DNA of 64,000 bases from the NCBI GenBank assembly GCA_964234715.1, contig OZ174276.1; one strand, written 5' to 3'. The stretch comes from Podarcis melisellensis (taxonomy: Eukaryota). Below are positions 57,361 through 64,000 of this stretch, in pieces. Position numbers and translations under genes: made by a program. Each line of letters opens with the position of its first letter. The stretch's first letter is position 1. Under the pieces are notes generated by a model that saw only the letters and a list, made by a program, of their open reading frames with translations, did no database searches and was not told the origin of the DNA.

Positions 57361-58624
57361 TGTGTGTATGGCTTAGGTGAACAAACATGTTGACTCCTAA
57401 ACCTGAGGCTCAACATTCTTGAGCATCTTCATAATTGGAGGCAACTGTGGTTTTAATTGTTAAATAAGATGGTTATATATGTTATGTAACTATACTGATA
57501 GCATCATTCAAACTTCCCCACCACCACCACCACCACTGTGGGAAAATGAGTGACTTTCCCATTATTTATTGTTAATTTCCTTCATCCTTCCCCCACCCAA
57601 AAATATGCAGAAGAATACAACCCACAAAAAAATTAGAGCTGTTTCTTTTCCACAGAAAGCTTGGGTTGAATTGTGAAGACTTCCATTTTGGATTCCTGCT
57701 TGGGCATGTGGTGTTGGGCAAAACACTGTATCTCTGCCAAACCTCCCTCAAAGTGTTTGTTCTGACGATGAAATGGGAATAATTCCATCTCCTAAGATTT
57801 TTGGAAGAAGTCTAGGATTACATGTGTGATGATAAATGTATAATATAATCAGTAGCTCATGTTGTCTTTCTTCAAACAAAATTTGATTTTGGATACACCA
57901 AGTGATGTGTCCCACACCTTGTAAAAACAGCAGGTGAGGATCTTTAACTTCCATCTGCAGAAATTTTAAACAGGCAGGTCTTGAAGCCTTGTCTCAAAAT
58001 AATATGCAGAGATGTAAGATTTTATCAGAATAATTGGCCTGAGTTCATTATTTGGGGACTCCTTTATTACTGTACTCTGAAACATGTTTTCTGGTCATTT
58101 GGCATGGTAGCCTTTAAAATAGAGTGAGAAGCCTGTTGCCCTCCTGTTACTGAAACCTCAATTCCTGTCAGCCCCAGCCAGGCCAGGTCAGGGATGGTGG
58201 GAGTTGTAGTCCAGCAACAGCTGGAGGCCATCAGGCTTCTTCCCACAGTTGCTTTAAAATTTAATCAGTGACAAATATATGGTAAGTACAGACCACAAGT
58301 CTTGAAGGAATTCTGCTGAGGACATTTAAAAGTGGTGTAACTCCCAGCAGTCATGACTGGAATTTTGAACATGAAATGTACAGGGCAGCTTTCTTATAAT
58401 TTATAGCTGGGGTATTTTGTTAAACACAGAAAGAAAAGCAAATTTTATGCATAGGCACCAGTCAGCCATCCTATTCTGCTACCTAGAAACCTGGTTGAAG
58501 TTAGTGCCAAGCCAGAGAGTGATACTTTGAAGGCAATTATTGAGCTGGTGCAGGTTCATTGGGGTGTAAGTGGTCATTCAAGTAACCATGTTTTAAACTT
58601 TCATAACTTTAAACTTTAGAGATA

Positions 58625-58861
58625 TAGTGGTACCTTGGTTTATGAACTTAATCCGTTCCTGAAGTCCGTTCTTAAACCAAATTCGTTCTTAAACCCATGC
58701 GTGCTTTCCCTAGTGAGTTCTCCTGCCGCTGGTGCCCTTCCACAATTCGGATTCCGTTCTTAGACCAAGGTAAAGTTCGCAAACCGGAACACTACTTCCG
58801 GTTTTGTGGAGTTCGTAAACCAAATCATAAACAGGACTGTTCTTAAACCGAGGTACCACTG
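58625..58861. mobile_element. Tc1/mariner-type MITE
   Basis: TA-flanked TIR tagtggtaccttggttta / taaaccgaggtaccactg. Confidence 0.85.
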
Positions 58862-61800
58862 TACAAATGGGTGGCCATTGTGGCTAATGCGGAGTTGCTG
58901 CTAGGCCCCAGAAGTATTTCAGCAACTGGGATTTTGCACATGCTGAAGTATGTACAGTATATGTATATAATTTGCCTAAACTACTAAAAGGCGCTAGTGA
59001 CTGTTGTAGCCTGCAATTCCACTGATAATACTGAGTCAGGGAGTACTCCAGTATGCATCGGATTCTTCAGCCCTCTCTAAAAGCAGTTGCAAACCTCCAT
59101 CCAAAGAAGCAATCTTCCCAAGCAACTTTACCTTGTTCAGACCAGCATTAAGTTTCCACTTGTTTCCTCTCATTCACCCTGGAACTGTTCCCAGGTATAT
59201 GCTCATCATTTCCACTGCATCCCTGGAATTAATTGATGGAAACAAGCGGTAGAACTTTGTGGTCTGCATTCAGTGACACCTTTGTCCAAAGCTCCAAATA
59301 ATTTCACCCAGCTGTTTACTTTAAATCAGAAGTGACAAACCTGTGGCTCTCCAAATGTTGTTGGACTCCAACTCGCATCGGCCGAAGCCAGTGTTCAACA
59401 GCCAGCAACAGGTGGATGGCCTCAGGTTAGCCTCTGTTGTAAAAGGTTTGAAAGTACAGGGACACAGGCTGGTAGCTTGGGGCAGTTTAGGGTAAAGCAA
59501 TAGTTCTAATACAAATGCAAGGCAAGAAGCAATTACAGATAGTCACAAAGTGTAGAAAAAACACCACAATATATCAAAGGCAGGCTAAAATCAATCACTA
59601 GTTAATTAATCTACCAAAGGGAGTGAAAAATATTTGAACAGGAGAGGGGAGTAAGTTATTTCATTCGTGTTTTGTAGGAAAAAATGGTTTGTAATATCCC
59701 ATATCTCTGTTAAAGTTTCATATTCTAAACCTATTTGTCTTGGACCCTGAAACTATGCTATAACTGAATAGGCAATGCATTCTTTATCCAGATATACACA
59801 CTGCTAATATGGACATGTCATTGAGAGTATCAGAACTGGGCTTCAACAATGGTCCTTCCAGCACAGAAATCTGTATTGGGCTGCCATCTGGATAATGCAG
59901 ATTCAGTAACCGAACAGACAGCGCCACAACACAGAAGCACACACACCCATAGGCATTTCCACACACATAATTGTACATATGTTCACACAAACACACACTG
60001 TTGATAGGTTGTGATGTTGCCTAGTTTCAGGCCCATCAAGGACAAGTCACGTGAGGATTCAAACAGATCTGGTGATGACAGAAGAGAGCATCTTATTGTG
60101 AAATGGAAAACCTTGGCACTTAACCTGAGATTGACTCCAAGCAATGTTTTGCTCCAGGAGAAGAGTGGGCTAACAAGCTAGAACAGGCATCCCAAAGCCA
60201 AACTGCTGACTTAGATGGCAAACTTTGGCTGAGAAAAAAATCAGTGGTAGAGCACCTGCCTTGAATGCAGAAGATGCCTGGGACCTCCACATAGGACTGG
60301 GAGAGAGCCGCATTTGAAACCCTGGACAGCTACCACCAGTAAGTGTAGATGATACTGAGCTGGGTGGACTAATGGTCTGACTCAGGATAAAGCAGTTTCC
60401 TATGTTGCCATCATTTATGTAGTACACTGGCTGAACTCTAACCCCAAAGTTTACACAGATCAAGGTATAGGAGCCTAGTAATGGATGATGTCAAGCAAAA
60501 TCTTATCTTGTCCTAGTGGTTGTAACTGCAGGTGCTGTGTAAAAACCCACCCACTACTTTCTACTTCCACTCACTCACTCTGTATTATTCTTGATATGAC
60601 TTCTGACTTGCCAGGAAAAGCCTGTACAGTTGAGTGCCTAGCAGAACTAAGCCAGGGCCGGGCAGAAGGCAGATTTCTGCAAGTCTCTCTGACTCTCAAT
60701 TGTCTAGCAACCATTAAGAAGCTGTTGTGCTTCAAATTAGGTTTCCTGTAAGAATGGGGGAACATCAGGAGTGGATTTTTGTTTGAAGGCACTTTGAGCT
60801 TGATTCCAGTACTGATCACAAAGTATTAAGTTTGCACTTGCCTCTGAGTGCCCCTCCATATTACCTGTTTATTGAATATTTATCCCAATTTGCAAGCTGA
60901 CTCAGGTGAAACTGCATCCTAGCTTTACTAAGCAGTCCTTCTGATTTGTTTGTCAGGAAGGACAGTTATACGATAATGAGCATTTATCTTGCATTCATTC
61001 TGATTTGCTTATCTTACTGTTAGTCATTTGTTCATCCCACACTTTCCAATGCATTTTCTTGTCAATATCACAAACCTTAATAAGTTATATTCCTTTTTAA
61101 AGTTGATATATTACACTAAGGCAACAGAGTCCTTTAACGCACTAAACACATAAATCTAAAGTTCCAGCATGGATATGAATCATTCCCATGAAAAAGTGAC
61201 AGTCTGGAAGCACCCAGATTGGTGGGCTTCGGGGTTCCTGGAGAAACCAGTAGATTCTGCAAGCTTGAAGCCTGCCCACCCCTTGTGTAACCCACCAAGT
61301 CTTGGGCTGTGTACACACTCATGTTTACTCTGCATCCAGTGTGCTCCTACCATTGGTTTGTGAAGCATTGTACACACAACATTAGTCACAATCCGTATCT
61401 ATCCTTTATCTATCATGATGTTACTTAGGAAACAGTGCATTTTGATGTATCTCCCTGCAAACCAGCTTTTATCTCTATTCAGAAAAGAGGGGGACCTAGC
61501 TCCTTTTAAGCTAGTAACATGAACATGTCCTAAACAACATAAGTGGATTTTACCCTTGTTCTTCTCTCCTAATTTTCTTTGTAATTCTTGCCAGATAGTT
61601 CTCCTTTTCTTGGTTCTCTCCTAGCACAGTTCTTTCTTATTGTGGGTTAGGAATACATGCGATGGACGGTGTTATAAGCATCTTTAGAATCTTGCATGCA
61701 TTTTTTTAAGGTCAAATCCTAGTGCCTAGCCTCAAAAATGAAAGGTGGTCATGCTGGCTTGATCACTTAAAAGAGTACTTATCTGGAGTTTGCATCCACT

Positions 61801-63500
61801 TAGCAGCTAGGGTTGGGCTCTAGCAGGTATCTGCCCAATTTATAGTACACCCAGTTTGAGCAGCATAGGTTCTCACAGCAGACGGAAAGCAGGAGTCGCC
61901 GCATGCAGATGCATCTCTAGGAGTTTCTGCAAGGTTTGGAATTGACTCTGGGGTTTGCATTGGGTTCAAGGGGGCTGCAGGGTAGAAGGAAGGGTCTGGG
62001 CTGCTGCTTACTGTTGCCTATAGATAGGGATGCTGAATTGTGACACTTAAGTGGTAGGTGTTGATCAAATAGGAGGTCAGCTGGGAGTGTCACAATCATG
62101 TCAAGAAAGTAATGGATTGATGTTGGTGAGATGCAAGGAAAAGAGAATTCACTTTAGATTGCTGCAAATGCAAGCTCTAACTCACCTGTGGGGGAATTTT
62201 GCATCCTCCTGACCAAGACAACCACTCCCTCTATGCTTCAGTTCCTTGTTTTCAAAACGGGAATAACAGTGATTTATCACTAACGGTAGAGGAGAATAAA
62301 TAAGGATTTCAGATACTATGAATTACACTTCCGTATAGGCCAGTGGAAACTAATGTGGTGTTCTGCAGGTGTTGTAGACTCCAAATCCCAGTGGTCAGGG
62401 ATTATGAAAATGAACAACTTCTGGAGGGCACCATGATAACTATCCTTAGTTAGTCCCTAGAATCCCAGGGAAAGGCTTGCTGTCATCCTCCTCCTCCTCA
62501 GCCTGGTGTGCAGTGGCCTTCTGCCCTCTTGCCAACAGAGAACTTAGGCAACAGGGAGCCACGTCCAAAGTGTGGCTTCATGTAGGCAGCCATGCTTTTC
62601 TTGCTTTGTCCCTCTTTCCAGGCTCTCACCCGTGGCATCTTGCTTCTCAAAGGGGCTATTTGTGGGCAGCATGGGTGGGTGCCAGCTCCTTATACAAGGA
62701 TGTGGTGTGTTTGTCATCAGTACAAGCTGGGTAGAAATACAATTTAATATGGTGGATTGATTACCACCAAGGAGCGTGGTTGGTTGCAGCTCTGTATCCA
62801 GCAGCTGGTCAGGGAGAAGGCGGAAATTGTGGTTTCCTCGATCATCCCTTTCTAATCACAAGGTACGCACACCCTCCATTTTAGAGCTGAGGAAAGAACT
62901 CAGCCTTTCATGTGTGTAGACCCTGGCAGTTCCTCAGTTTGAGACTGGTGGGGGAAATAAAAGTTATCCTTCCCTTTCTCTTTCTCTCTCTCTCCCCTCT
63001 CAACTAGTTTCTTCTGCATCAAGGCTGTTTGCTTGGTTCATCCCTGTTCCAGAAGGCAAACCCTGTGGGTGTTGACTTGTCAAACATTGGAAGAGAACTA
63101 GGCCCAGTGAGGAGAGTGGTTCCATCAGGTTTCCAGAGAAGAAGGGCTGTTTGTTTGCTTTTTAATGTGTGTGTGTTTTTAAGGATTTGGATTCATCACA
63201 GGATTTCTTGAAGAGGTGCAAGAGTTAGCAGAGTAAGAAGCTGCACAGAAGGGAGCAGGTCCTGAATATCACAAATTCATGCACCAAGCTCATAATTAGG
63301 CTGCAGTTCCCAAGCCAAGCCTTGAAGGCACACATTAGTTTTGTATATTTGGTATGGTGTGCATTTTAAAATTGTAACCTGCATTGAGCCCTTGGGGTGG
63401 GCAGGCTAGAAAAACAAATGGTGACTAATCAGACTCCTGACTCCTGTCCAGACAAGGAGCCCCCACTTTCTGTACATGAGCTCTTATCTTTAGGTTCCTT

Positions 63501-63625
63501 TGGCCAAACTTGGCCCTCCAGATGTTTTTGGGACTACAACTCCCATCATCCCTAGCTAACAGGACCAGTGGTCAGAGATGATGGGAAATGTAGTCCCAAA
63601 ACATATGGAGGGCCAGGTTTGGCCA
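63501..63625. mobile_element. Palindromic MITE (hAT-like); degenerate relatives at about 58130-58250, 59330-59430, 62340-62440
   Basis: Long inverted arms tggccaaacttggccctccagatgtttttgggactacaactcccatcatc / gatgatgggaaatgtagtcccaaaacatatggagggccaggtttggcca. Confidence 0.85.
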
Positions 63626-64000
63626 TTCCTGGTTACAGCATTGTGTTTGGTTTGTTTCTGTGCTGAGTGGTAAGTGCTGGTCATTGGACCAGGGAATTTA
63701 AAGCATCACCCGCTTGAATTTGTTCAACCAGTGAGATCCTCAGCAGAGACGCTGCACCATGTCCTGCCACCATCGGGGGGGTTGGGGTTGGGTGGGTGGA
63801 TAACATAGGGCAAGGCCTTTTGGGGAGGCCTTAGCGCAGCAGTCCGGCTTTAGAGCTCCCTCCTCCAGGACACTCCTCTCATTTTTGTGTAGGACACTTT
63901 CTGCCCACCTCTCTACAAATTCCCTACTGAAATAAACCCTTTTCCTTCTCACAAGCTTGAGTGACGCTCCAATGCTCTTGCTAATGCTGCAATGCCTATG

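Noticed and set aside
52400-64000. BEST2 coding exons expected from human synteny
   Set aside because: No bestrophin N-terminal (MTVTY...) or other recognisable coding exon found by eye, so not annotated.

Overview
Vertebrate genomic DNA, almost certainly a squamate (lizard-like), judged from Sauria SINE, RTE-BovB and L2/CR1 content. It is syntenic with human 19p13.13 and holds four spliced protein genes, reconstructed by hand from splice sites: TNPO2 (- strand, 17 coding exons, runs off the left edge), an RNF11-like RING-H2 ligase (+, 3 exons, complete; no such gene is known to me at this position in human), TRIR/C19orf43 (-, 3 exons, complete) and GET3/ASNA1 (+, 7 exons, complete, one GC-AG intron). 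TRIR and GET3 share a bidirectional CpG-island promoter. The most interesting signal is non-coding. TNPO2 introns host three box C/D snoRNA candidates: a canonical SNORD41/U41; a structurally intact U41 paralog whose guide is changed exactly at the methylation-specifying +5 position; and a third C/D RNA with a guide complementary to the 18S rRNA region around C346 (human numbering). There is also a candidate 13-nt frameshifting micro-exon in a structured stretch of TRIR intron 1 and a candidate poison exon in GET3 intron 5. The rest is introns and intergenic DNA with many nested TEs (hAT and Tc1/mariner MITEs, SINEs, LINE fragments). Most ORF-track entries are spurious. No coding exon was recognised in 52.4-64 kb.
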